DNA of 32,721 nucleotides, taken from an uncultured bacterium (lineage in GTDB: Bacteria > UBP7 > UBA6624). Positions within the stretch are counted from its first letter, which is position 1; each line of letters starts with the position of its first letter. The stretch is from the NCBI GenBank assembly GCA_964012435.1, contig CAXGSM010000014.1, positions 1 to 32,721 on the forward strand. The letters are read 5' to 3'. Position numbers and translations under genes: made by a program. Positions 9,162 to 17,720 of the stretch are shown here, in pieces. The notes beneath the pieces are model-generated. The model ran no database searches, was not told where the DNA came from, and was given only the letters and a program-made list of their open reading frames with translations.

Positions 9162-9630
9162 CCTCAGAAAACCTCAAGTTTTAATTAAGCAGTGGTTAGA
9201 CAAGGCTAAAACCGATGAAGCGCTTGCTTGGGCTCTTAGTTTAGCTAAAGATGCACAAAAGAAATACATTGCAGTTAAATCAGAAGAGGCAAACATCATC
9301 AGAAGGAAAGACATTCAAATCAAAGAAAATTTCAGAAAGGGTAAGGCTGATGGAGCGCTTGCTTTAATTGATTCAATTGAATCTCTAGAACGTGCTCTAG
9401 AATTTTCTAAAGACAGTGAAGGGCTTGGAATGATACGAGATGAATTGCTAAACAGGTTGATAGGCTTAGGTGTTAAAGAGGTTGAGTCAGATGAATTTAA
9501 CCCTGCTCTTCATAAAGCTGTAAAAGGAAAAGGCAAGCACGTTTCTAAAGTTTTAAGAAAAGGGTATTTTTTAGATGGCAATCTTTTGAAGCCAGCTATG
9601 GTTGAAATTTCAGAGGAAAGAATAGCTTGA
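9151..9630 (+). CDS. grpE: Nucleotide exchange factor GrpE (divergent)
   Basis: [35 protein letters not shown]; lies between dnaK and dnaJ. Confidence 0.9.
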   Translation: MKSNLRKPQVLIKQWLDKAKTDEALAWALSLAKDAQKKYIAVKSEEANIIRRKDIQIKENFRKGKADGALALIDSIESLERALEFSKDSEGLGMIRDELLNRLIGLGVKEVESDEFNPALHKAVKGKGKHVSKVLRKGYFLDGNLLKPAMVEISEERIA

Positions 9631-10751
9631 CAAGTATAAATAGTGATAATTTATATGAGAGACTAGGCGTTTCTCAAAACGCAACTGAAAAAGAACTCAA
9701 GAAGGCTTATAGAAATCTTGCAAGAAAACATCACCCTGATGTAAACCCTGGTGATCCTGAAGCTGAAGATAGATTTAAAAAAATATCACAAGCTTATCAG
9801 ATACTTTCAGACCCAAAGAAAAAAGATCTTTATGACAGGTATGGAATGGCTGCTTTTCAGCCTGGTGGTCCAGCTTCTCAGGCTGGAGTAAACATGGAAG
9901 ATTTTGGGGAGATGTTTTCAAATCTGGGAATTGATGATATATTTGATACTTTTTTTGGAGGTGGTTTTTCTGGAAGGTCTCAATCTAGGAGAAGAAGCCC
10001 TGCGAGAAGGGGAGAGGATTTGGTTTTTAGTAAAAACTTATCCTTTGAAGAGATTGAGTCAGGTGTTGAAGAGGATATAACTATCAAAAGATACAAAGTA
10101 TGTGTTGAGTGTTCAGGTTCAGGAACAAAACCAAACACAACACCAAGGACATGCAATACATGCAAGGGTACTGGAAATATCACTAGGAGCATGGGGTTTA
10201 TGAGGGTGCAGAGTACTTGTGGTAAATGCCAAGGTTTGGGACGGATATATGACCCTTGTTTTTCTTGTCGAGGGCAAGGAAGGATTGCTAGAAATGAAAA
10301 GATATCAATAAAGATTCCTGCAGGTATAAGAGCTGGTAGCAAGATTAGATATACTAAAAAAGGTCATAGCGGTATTAAGGGTGGCCAAAATGGAGATCTC
10401 TATGTTGCGGTAAATGAGAATAATGACAGACTCTTTTTGAGAGAGGAAGATGACCTTATTGTTGATGCGATTTTAAGTATGCCTGAATTGTTTCTTGGTG
10501 TAGATCTTGATATCGTTCTTCCTGGAAAACGCAAAGTCAACGTTAAGATACCGAGTGGCTCTAGAGATGGAGATATCATTAGGGTTAAAGGGCAGGGTTT
10601 TCCTAGATTAAGGGGAAATGGAAGGGGTGATCTGAACCTGAGGCTTAGGGCACATCCTGTGGGCAGGATTAATAGGAACATTAAAACGATTGTTGAAAAA
10701 TTAAATTCTTTACTACCGAAAGTTAAAGATAGATTCAGGAGACCAAGATGA
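9627..10751 (+). CDS. dnaJ: Chaperone DnaJ
   Basis: J domain with HPD, G/F-rich region, four CxxCxGxG motifs; TTG start. Confidence 0.97.
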   Translation: MTSINSDNLYERLGVSQNATEKELKKAYRNLARKHHPDVNPGDPEAEDRFKKISQAYQILSDPKKKDLYDRYGMAAFQPGGPASQAGVNMEDFGEMFSNLGIDDIFDTFFGGGFSGRSQSRRRSPARRGEDLVFSKNLSFEEIESGVEEDITIKRYKVCVECSGSGTKPNTTPRTCNTCKGTGNITRSMGFMRVQSTCGKCQGLGRIYDPCFSCRGQGRIARNEKISIKIPAGIRAGSKIRYTKKGHSGIKGGQNGDLYVAVNENNDRLFLREEDDLIVDAILSMPELFLGVDLDIVLPGKRKVNVKIPSGSRDGDIIRVKGQGFPRLRGNGRGDLNLRLRAHPVGRINRNIKTIVEKLNSLLPKVKDRFRRPR

Positions 10752-11128
10752 GCGATCTTTTTTATCCAATAAGTGTTGTTGCTGAATTGCTTAATATTCA
10801 CCCCCAAACATTGAGAAATTACGAAGTTAAGGGTTTAATAATTCCAAAGCGAAAGGGTAGAGCGAGAATGTATACTGATTCTGATGTCGATGATATTAAG
10901 GCCATCATGACTCTTACTAGGGATATGGGGGTTAACCTTGCTGGCGTTGAGATTGTCTTAAAGATGAGAAGAAGGGAAAAGAAATTAAGGCGAGAGATGA
11001 AGAAATTTGTTTCAATCATGAAAGAGCTTGTCAATAAGGAAAAGCAAGAAAAGGGCAAAAAGGGTGCTATTGTAAAATATATGGACTATGGTTTTGATCT
11101 TCTTGATGAAGATAAAGATTTAATCTAA
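10748..11128 (+). CDS. hspR: MerR-family heat-shock repressor HspR
   Basis: [41 protein letters not shown]; last gene of dnaK-grpE-dnaJ. Confidence 0.9.
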   Translation: MSDLFYPISVVAELLNIHPQTLRNYEVKGLIIPKRKGRARMYTDSDVDDIKAIMTLTRDMGVNLAGVEIVLKMRRREKKLRREMKKFVSIMKELVNKEKQEKGKKGAIVKYMDYGFDLLDEDKDLI

Positions 11129-11149
11129 TGAAAGAATTGTGAAATAAAC

Positions 11150-11416
11150 ATGCCCCTCTTTAACTTCAAATGCAATACTTGTGGACATATTCAGGAATTC
11201 TTAGTTTCCCCAGATCAAAAACTTGAAGAAAAATGTTCTGAATGCGATAAGCCAGATTGGGAAAAGCAATTCACAAAAAGAATGGGGGTTGTCTTTAAGG
11301 GTAGTGGTTTTTATGTGAGTGATAACAGAAGCTCTAAATCTTCAACAAAAAGCTCTTCAACTAAAAAATCAGATAGCAAATCACCATCTAAAGATTCAAA
11401 GAAAAAAAATGATTGA
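11150..11416 (+). CDS. FmdB-family zinc ribbon protein
   Basis: MPLFNFKCNTCGH...CSEC...FKGSGFYVSD with Ser/Lys-rich tail. Confidence 0.88.
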   Translation: MPLFNFKCNTCGHIQEFLVSPDQKLEEKCSECDKPDWEKQFTKRMGVVFKGSGFYVSDNRSSKSSTKSSSTKKSDSKSPSKDSKKKND

Positions 11417-12062
11417 AGTCGGAATAACATTATCTGCTGATAAATATCTTAATAAATATGCTTTATGGCTTGAAGAATTCAATTTGAAAGCTGTAAGAAT
11501 AATGAAAGCTGATGATGTTTCCCGATACCCTTTGATAGTTTTGAGCGGGGGGGGAGATATGGGAGTGGAAACAGGAGCTTATATATGTGATAATCCTGAA
11601 AAAAGAATTGCTGGAATTAAAAAAGAGAGAGATGAGCTTGAGTTTGCAGTTATCCATAAGGCTTTTTCGGAGAATAAGCCAATACTTGGTGTATGCAGGG
11701 GTTTTCAAGTTATGAATGTTTTTTGTGGTGGTAAATTGTGGGCAGATATAAAAGATGGTGATTTTGATTTGAAAATACATAGAGATGATTCAACAAAAAA
11801 ATCAACTGACACTGTACATTTGATCAAATCTGAAAACAGTAATTTTTATGTTAAGAGCCATCATCATCAAGGCTTAAGAACCCTTGGAGAAAGTCTTTTT
11901 CCCACGGCTTATTCAGAAGATGGTCTTATTGAGGCCTTTATTAGTGAAAGTGGATTATGGAATGCTGTTCAATGGCATCCAGAAAGGACAGATACTGGAA
12001 TAGGTAGGTTATGGTTCAAAACTTGGTTAGAATCCGTAATCAGTCAACAAACGGGGACTTAG
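11409..12062 (+). CDS. Class I glutamine amidotransferase / peptidase C26 (PuuD-like gamma-glutamyl hydrolase)
   Basis: LSGGGD, RDELE, ILGVCRGFQ, SHHHQ, VQWHPE; start at ATG 11409 (MIEVGIT) preferred over 11319. Confidence 0.88.
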   Translation: MIEVGITLSADKYLNKYALWLEEFNLKAVRIMKADDVSRYPLIVLSGGGDMGVETGAYICDNPEKRIAGIKKERDELEFAVIHKAFSENKPILGVCRGFQVMNVFCGGKLWADIKDGDFDLKIHRDDSTKKSTDTVHLIKSENSNFYVKSHHHQGLRTLGESLFPTAYSEDGLIEAFISESGLWNAVQWHPERTDTGIGRLWFKTWLESVISQQTGT

Positions 12063-12128
12063 CTCATTCGGTAGAGCGCCTGCTTTGCAAGCAGGAGGTG
12101 GCGGGTTCGAATCCCGCAGTCTCCACCA
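12053..12128 (+). tRNA. tRNA-Ala (TGC)
   Basis: Acceptor stem GGGGACT/AGTCTCC with G3:U70, anticodon arm CCTGC-TTTGCAA-GCAGG, T arm GCGGG-TTCGAAT-CCCGC, encoded CCA. Confidence 0.98.
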
Positions 12129-12140
12129 GCCTTCACCTTT

Positions 12141-13217
12141 ATGAAAAGGATTGATAAAGATATAACAAAAGCCTCTACCTTACCAGGTTCTTTCTATTCT
12201 TGTGAAGATTTTTTGCGCAAAGTGAAAAAAGATATCTTTGAAAAGAGTTGGCAATTGATTACCCATGAGTCAAATATTAAATCTGAAAAGGATGCTTTCC
12301 CTTTCAGGTTTTTGGATGATTTCATAAAAGAACCTCTTTTTCTTGTGAGAAATAATGATATCGATTGTTTTTCAAATGTTTGTACGCATCGGGGAAATTT
12401 ATTGATGGAAGAGCCTTGCAATATTGGAAAATCTATATTTTGTAAATATCATGGAAGAAGATTTGACTCATGTGGTAAATTTTTATCTATGCCTGAGACG
12501 AAAAACATGCAGGATTTTCCCTCAGAGAGAGATAATCTTTCTAGGGTTTCGACAAAAAAATGGAAACAATTTATCTTTGCCTCTCTAGGCCCTTCTTTTC
12601 CTTTTGAACAGTTGATTAATGATGTTGAGGAAAGGGTGGGATGGATGCCAATAGAGGATTTTGTTTACAGGAAGGATTTATCTAAAGAATATACAGTAGA
12701 TGCAAATTGGGCTTTGTATTGCGATAACTATCTTGAATGTTTTCATTGCCCTTTTGTCCATAAGGGACTTTCTGCAGTTTTGAAACATCAGGATTACCAT
12801 ATTGAATTATTTCCATATTCAAGTCTTCAGGTTGGAGTTGGAAAGGATGAAAATGATTGTTTCGATCTTCCAAAAGATTCTGTTGATTACGGAAAGAAGA
12901 TAGCAGCTTATTATTTTTGGTTATTCCCAAATACTATGTTGAATTTTTACCCTTGGGGCTTGTCGGTGAATATCGTCAAGCCAATTTCCGTTAATAAGAC
13001 AAAAGTTGAATTTAGAGCATATGTTTGGAAGGAAGAAAAATTAGACTTGGGTGCTGGCGCAAGTTTAGAGAAAGTTGAACTTGAGGATGAAGAGATTGTC
13101 CAAAGCGTTCAGAAAGGTGTTCTTTCAAGGTTTTATGAACATGGAAGATTTTCTCCAAAAATGGAAAAGGGTGTTCATCACTTTCACTGTTTAATTAGTG
13201 ATTTTATCAATCGATAG
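12141..13217 (+). CDS. Rieske non-heme iron oxygenase alpha subunit (choline monooxygenase-like)
   Basis: Rieske ligands NVCTHRG...CKYHG; mononuclear Fe motif NW....DNYLECFHCPFVH; ED..IV..VQKG. Confidence 0.9.
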   Translation: MKRIDKDITKASTLPGSFYSCEDFLRKVKKDIFEKSWQLITHESNIKSEKDAFPFRFLDDFIKEPLFLVRNNDIDCFSNVCTHRGNLLMEEPCNIGKSIFCKYHGRRFDSCGKFLSMPETKNMQDFPSERDNLSRVSTKKWKQFIFASLGPSFPFEQLINDVEERVGWMPIEDFVYRKDLSKEYTVDANWALYCDNYLECFHCPFVHKGLSAVLKHQDYHIELFPYSSLQVGVGKDENDCFDLPKDSVDYGKKIAAYYFWLFPNTMLNFYPWGLSVNIVKPISVNKTKVEFRAYVWKEEKLDLGAGASLEKVELEDEEIVQSVQKGVLSRFYEHGRFSPKMEKGVHHFHCLISDFINR

Positions 13218-13225
13218 AGAATTAG

Positions 13226-13248
13226 CGGGCCACACTGAAAGCAGCCCG
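13226..13248 (-). terminator. Stem-loop between convergent genes (possible terminator)
   Basis: Minus strand CGGGCUGC-uuucagu-GUGGCCCG, 8-bp stem with two G:U pairs; weak U tract. Confidence 0.5.
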
Positions 13249-13264
13249 TCTATCAAGTTTATTT

Positions 13265-16072
13265 TTAATCTAACCTAGTTACACAATTTGGATTTCCAAA
13301 GCATGGCCATAATGTTTCAAGCAGTTCACCTAGAGATCCTCCAGTTCCAGCAATTCCATCTAAAGACCCTTGCTCAACTAATCTTACAAAGTGGTTTCTA
13401 TCCATTATCAGATATCTAGGCTCAATTCCTCCAGCCCATCCTTCACCACCCTCGAAGAAACCATTGTATTGTTCAAAAAGAAGATTACCTTCATCCCATA
13501 CAAATGTCCAGTTATAGCCATTTGCGTTATGCCATGAGCCAAGATCATCAACACCTATAAAGGAGTCATTTTCCGATACAGGATCTTGATTTAACCCAAT
13601 TGATATCAATTCAACGCTTGAAGCAGGGAATCCTGATGACTCAAAGTAAGGCAAGAAATGGTTATTCATGTCATTAACAGCAGTTGTTTCATCCTTTGTA
13701 AAGAATTGCATAACTATAACCTGCCCTCTAAACTTGTCATCAGGTATAGTTCTCTGCAATGCTGTATGTATATTTCTTACTACAATCGGTGCACCAGCAG
13801 TTGCAAATAAAGAATTTCCAACAGGACAATCAGGTGTTGCGTCATCAGATACTGAAGGCCAATCTAACTTACAGTCTAAACTGTCTTGAGGAACAGATAA
13901 AGGCCAAATTTCTCTAGGAGCATAAACAACAAAGAATGACTTACTTCCGTCATCAAGTTCATTGTCTTGTAGCCCTGACTCATTAACGATTGCAACCTCT
14001 ACCAAGAAATTTGGTGCTGCTGGATCCAATGTAGTGTAAGTGTGAGTCCCTGTTTGGTTTGTTGGACCATCTGCAGGATTTGCTTCGTCACCCATTAGCC
14101 ACTGCCATGTTGTTAATTGTGGAGGTGCGTTATTATCAAAACCATCAGCCTGATAACCTATGGAGAAAGATGTTGGATTTAAGAATTGATACTCACCTGC
14201 GTAGCAAGTTATCAAACCTTCAGCAGGAACACACTCTCGCATTGTTAAAGTTGGAGGAACTGCATCAACCAATATTACAGAAATAACATCTGAGAAATCT
14301 GTATTTCCACTTGTATCAGTTGCTTTTGCGATTAAGTCTTTTGCACCTTCATTTTCAAAACTTGTATCCCATAGACAGGTTGCTATTCCAGGATCTGGAG
14401 ATCCATCTCCATCTAGATCCGGACCATCGCTTAAGTTGGTATCAGTACACCCTTCTATCACAACTCCGTTTGCAATAAATTCAACTTTCTGTATTCCAAT
14501 ATTATCTGTTGCTTGAGCAACAAGTGTTGGATTTCCTGCAATTTGAGCTCCTTGCAAAGGTTCTACAGCTGTACCGTCATCTGAAAGTTTACCAAGTATT
14601 GTTACATCAGGAGGAATAAAGTCACCTGTACCGTTATCAACTCTCACTTTGACGCATGCAAAATAATCTTCAGGATCACCAGCGGTTACAAATGTTCCAC
14701 CACAGATTGGACTGCCTGAAGGATTTCCTTCAGTGTCATAGGCTACTGCTGTTAGGTTGTATAAACCATTATTCAGCAATGTAGTTGGCCAGTAAAAAAC
14801 CCAAGAGCTTTCTGCGCCAGCAGAGCTTTGACCAAGTAGAACACCATCAAGGTAGTATTCAATTTTATCAATCTCTACATTTTCACCACAGTCTGCATAA
14901 AGCGTATCAGGCACTGAGGGAACTGGTGATTTTGTAAGAACAGAAACTGTATTTGATACATCAGGAACTGTGTAAAAAGTGTTTCCACCCCAGCTGAATT
15001 CTTGAAGTACTGGATTGATTATCCTTACACAGGGCGGATCTATATTTGGTGTTCCTGAACCAGTTGAGTTTGAAACGATAACATTCAGTGGCTCCATTCT
15101 AGGATTGTTTGACAAATCAGTCGCTATTGCAATCATCTCATAAACATTATCTGGTGTTTGTGTGGTGTCTACCTGTATTGTCCAAATGTCACCAAACTCT
15201 TTCACGCCTTCACCTAGTGAAATAGGATTTTCACCTGGTATTCGAGACATGAAAGTAACTGAATTAACACCTACGTTATCGGTTGCTTCAACCTGTAGAG
15301 ATATTGTTCCAGAAACTTGTTCATTTGCAGAAGAAGGGTTTATCCAATTTATTGTTGGTGGTATAAGGTCATCTGACATTGATGATGATTCAATTACAAC
15401 TGGAACACTTGACAGCACTGTGTGATTAGAGAAAACTGCTTGTACTTTGATTATGTGTATTCCTGGTTCGGATCCAGTTGAGTCCCAAATACAAAAAACA
15501 TCTGCACTTCCATTACAAGCTTGCAAAAGCGTATTGTCAACCTGGTAGGTTATTGAATTTGCATTTCCAAGCTCTTGTGGATAAGAGATCTGAATAGAAA
15601 CGTTACCTCTTACAACTTCATTTATTGTTGGTGATGTTATCTGAAGGTCAGCAGTTGGTGTTAAATTATTTACGGTTATATCTTCGAGATCGATTATGGA
15701 TGAACTATCATCAAAAGTTAAAACAACAGCTATTTCATGGTTTCCATTTGGTAGGTTGTTGGTATTTAATTCATTGTTCGGAGTACACCATACGTTTGTG
15801 TTTGAAGAGCAATTTTCTAGATTAGTCCAAGGAAGTTGATCGACTTTAAGTACAGGAGTTGTCCCATTAGGGATGCTTACGGATGAATCATATTCAACTG
15901 TTACCGACAAAGTACCTTGTACGTTTTGTGCATTTTGATCAAAAGACATGACAACCTGACTGCCATCACTAGAGTTGATCGCATCATTGCTATCTGGGGT
16001 TGACCCTCCAGAACTACATGCAGAAACAGATAGAGAAATTATTAAAGAAATGAAAATAAGTTTTTTTATCAT
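13265..16072 (-). CDS. Large lipoprotein with bacterial Ig-like repeats, a PKD-like domain and a C-terminal thioredoxin-like fold
   Basis: MIKKLIFISLIISLSVSA-C lipobox; repeated D..PP.V...A.A.DN.G...V.F...WDT...G...L.A.A.D..GN units; WQWLMGD...HTYT (PKD-like); C-terminal FRGQVIVMQFF...LISI...FVWD...PRYLIMDR. Confidence 0.8.
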   Translation of the reverse strand: MIKKLIFISLIISLSVSACSSGGSTPDSNDAINSSDGSQVVMSFDQNAQNVQGTLSVTVEYDSSVSIPNGTTPVLKVDQLPWTNLENCSSNTNVWCTPNNELNTNNLPNGNHEIAVVLTFDDSSSIIDLEDITVNNLTPTADLQITSPTINEVVRGNVSIQISYPQELGNANSITYQVDNTLLQACNGSADVFCIWDSTGSEPGIHIIKVQAVFSNHTVLSSVPVVIESSSMSDDLIPPTINWINPSSANEQVSGTISLQVEATDNVGVNSVTFMSRIPGENPISLGEGVKEFGDIWTIQVDTTQTPDNVYEMIAIATDLSNNPRMEPLNVIVSNSTGSGTPNIDPPCVRIINPVLQEFSWGGNTFYTVPDVSNTVSVLTKSPVPSVPDTLYADCGENVEIDKIEYYLDGVLLGQSSAGAESSWVFYWPTTLLNNGLYNLTAVAYDTEGNPSGSPICGGTFVTAGDPEDYFACVKVRVDNGTGDFIPPDVTILGKLSDDGTAVEPLQGAQIAGNPTLVAQATDNIGIQKVEFIANGVVIEGCTDTNLSDGPDLDGDGSPDPGIATCLWDTSFENEGAKDLIAKATDTSGNTDFSDVISVILVDAVPPTLTMRECVPAEGLITCYAGEYQFLNPTSFSIGYQADGFDNNAPPQLTTWQWLMGDEANPADGPTNQTGTHTYTTLDPAAPNFLVEVAIVNESGLQDNELDDGSKSFFVVYAPREIWPLSVPQDSLDCKLDWPSVSDDATPDCPVGNSLFATAGAPIVVRNIHTALQRTIPDDKFRGQVIVMQFFTKDETTAVNDMNNHFLPYFESSGFPASSVELISIGLNQDPVSENDSFIGVDDLGSWHNANGYNWTFVWDEGNLLFEQYNGFFEGGEGWAGGIEPRYLIMDRNHFVRLVEQGSLDGIAGTGGSLGELLETLWPCFGNPNCVTRLD

Positions 16073-16249
16073 AGTTTTATCCTTTTTATCTCTTATGAGA
16101 TAACCAAACAATTATAGAACAAAAAAATAAAATACAATAGCATGGTGCACGAAATTGTTTAGTTTAGCCTTTACTCATTCTTTTAACTTCAGTTTGTTTT
16201 GTGTTTTCCATTATGTAAAAGAAGTTCTTTTCTTAGGTTCGGTTGAATT

Positions 16250-16987
16250 ATGATGCACTATTTTATTGCAGCTCCTTTTGGTAATTATCTTAAATATTCA
16301 AACAAGAATATTTTTTGTCCCTGTGTATCTGTAACTGGAACTTGGACTCTTGAATACAGGGGAGGTTGGTCTACGAGATTGTGGAGAATGGCAAAAACTC
16401 TTCGTTATAGCCCTGCATTGAAAGGCTGGACCAACAGCCTTGGCTTACCAAATGAGGGCTTGGTGGTTGGCTTGAAAAGGATTCAGTCAAATGAAATTAT
16501 GTCAATTGCTGCTATAAAAAAGGATGATTGGAAAAAAATGGCACCCATGATTGATAACCATGTCTCGTTGGAGCTCAATTTAAGCTGTCCGAATGTTTCT
16601 CATGATGATGTAAATTGGGATGATTTACCTTTGTTTTTAAATTCTAAAAAAAGAGAATGGTGCATAGCAAAAGTTAGCCCACTCATAAAAGAGAAAGACC
16701 TTAGTTTATTGATTGATGACATTGGGTTTAAGCAGATACATTTATGTAACACCCTTCCTGTTGATGGGCGTGGTGGGCTTTCCGGGCCATCCTTAAAGCC
16801 TTATACTTTAAGCTTGATAGAAACTGTACGTAAAAGGTGGGGTGATGATTTAGAAATAATTGCTGGTGGAGGTGTTCAAGATTTTAAAGATGTGTCTCTT
16901 TACATGTCTGCAGGTTCGAACCATATTTCATTAGGTTCTGTTTGTTTTAAACCATGGAAAGTTAAGAACTTAATCAAAAAAAGGTAA
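16250..16987 (+). CDS. pyrD: Short dihydroorotate dehydrogenase-like FMN enzyme (family 1-type)
   Basis: NSLGLPNEG, ELNLSCPN, IAKVSP, CNT, GGLSG, IIAGGGV; adjacent to pyrF. Confidence 0.75.
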   Translation: MMHYFIAAPFGNYLKYSNKNIFCPCVSVTGTWTLEYRGGWSTRLWRMAKTLRYSPALKGWTNSLGLPNEGLVVGLKRIQSNEIMSIAAIKKDDWKKMAPMIDNHVSLELNLSCPNVSHDDVNWDDLPLFLNSKKREWCIAKVSPLIKEKDLSLLIDDIGFKQIHLCNTLPVDGRGGLSGPSLKPYTLSLIETVRKRWGDDLEIIAGGGVQDFKDVSLYMSAGSNHISLGSVCFKPWKVKNLIKKR

Positions 16988-17007
16988 TAAAATTTTGTTA
17001 TTTAAAA

Positions 17008-17697
17008 ATGTCTGATAAAAATTTTCCTATTTCGTTAGCGCTTGATACTGATTCTCAAGCGAAAGCATCTGAATGGATTGATTTCTTTTCTGATTGGGTA
17101 GGTTCTTTTAAAATTGGACCTGTTCTTTTTCATGAATGGCCTGGTGTTATTGATTATATTAAAAACAAAAATAAGATTGTTTTTCTTGATTTGAAACTTC
17201 ACGATATCCCCAATACCGTTTTCTTGGCTACAAAGTCTCTTTCAAGACGGAATGTTGATTACATGACGATACATATGTCAGGAGGTAAGGATATGGTTTC
17301 CGCAGCCGTTGAAGGGGGAGGGTCTTTTTTATCCCCAATTGGCGTAGGGGTTTTGACAAGTGTTTCTGCAGAATCATGGCATTCTTTTACTGGTGGCAAA
17401 ATTAGCGACTCTTTTAATCTTATGCTTTCTTATAGCTGGGATGCTGGGTTAAGAAATTTTGTTTGTTCGGGTTCCGAGGTGAATCTTTTAAGAGGGAATT
17501 TCCCTGATTGTAAAATTTGGGTTCCAGGTGTTCGATTTGATGGTGATCTAACAAATGATCAAAAAAGAATAACTACTCCAAAAGATGCTATCAATAATGG
17601 TGCAGATTGGCTTGTCATAGGAAGGGCTCTTTGTAACTCTTCTAAGAAGGATGCAATTCGTAAAATGAAATTATTCGAAAAGGAGCTGCTTGCTTGA
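17008..17697 (+). CDS. pyrF: Orotidine 5'-phosphate decarboxylase
   Basis: LALD, FKIG, FLDLKLHDIPNTV, VLTS, PGVR, DQKR, LVIGR. Confidence 0.96.
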   Translation: MSDKNFPISLALDTDSQAKASEWIDFFSDWVGSFKIGPVLFHEWPGVIDYIKNKNKIVFLDLKLHDIPNTVFLATKSLSRRNVDYMTIHMSGGKDMVSAAVEGGGSFLSPIGVGVLTSVSAESWHSFTGGKISDSFNLMLSYSWDAGLRNFVCSGSEVNLLRGNFPDCKIWVPGVRFDGDLTNDQKRITTPKDAINNGADWLVIGRALCNSSKKDAIRKMKLFEKELLA

Positions 17698-17720
17698 TTT
17701 GGTTCGAGGTTGAATAGCTT

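Noticed and set aside
11319..11408. N-terminal extension of the C26 hydrolase as given in the ORF track
   Set aside because: Overlaps the FmdB gene by about 100 bp; ATG 11409 gives a normal domain start
13218..13264. GC-rich hairpin as a riboswitch or ncRNA
   Set aside because: Lies between two 3' ends in a 47-bp gap; a terminator-like stem is the simpler explanation
12053..16249. Genomic island or prophage integrated at tRNA-Ala
   Set aside because: No integrase, transposase or phage gene, and no duplicated tRNA 3' end found in the intergenic gaps
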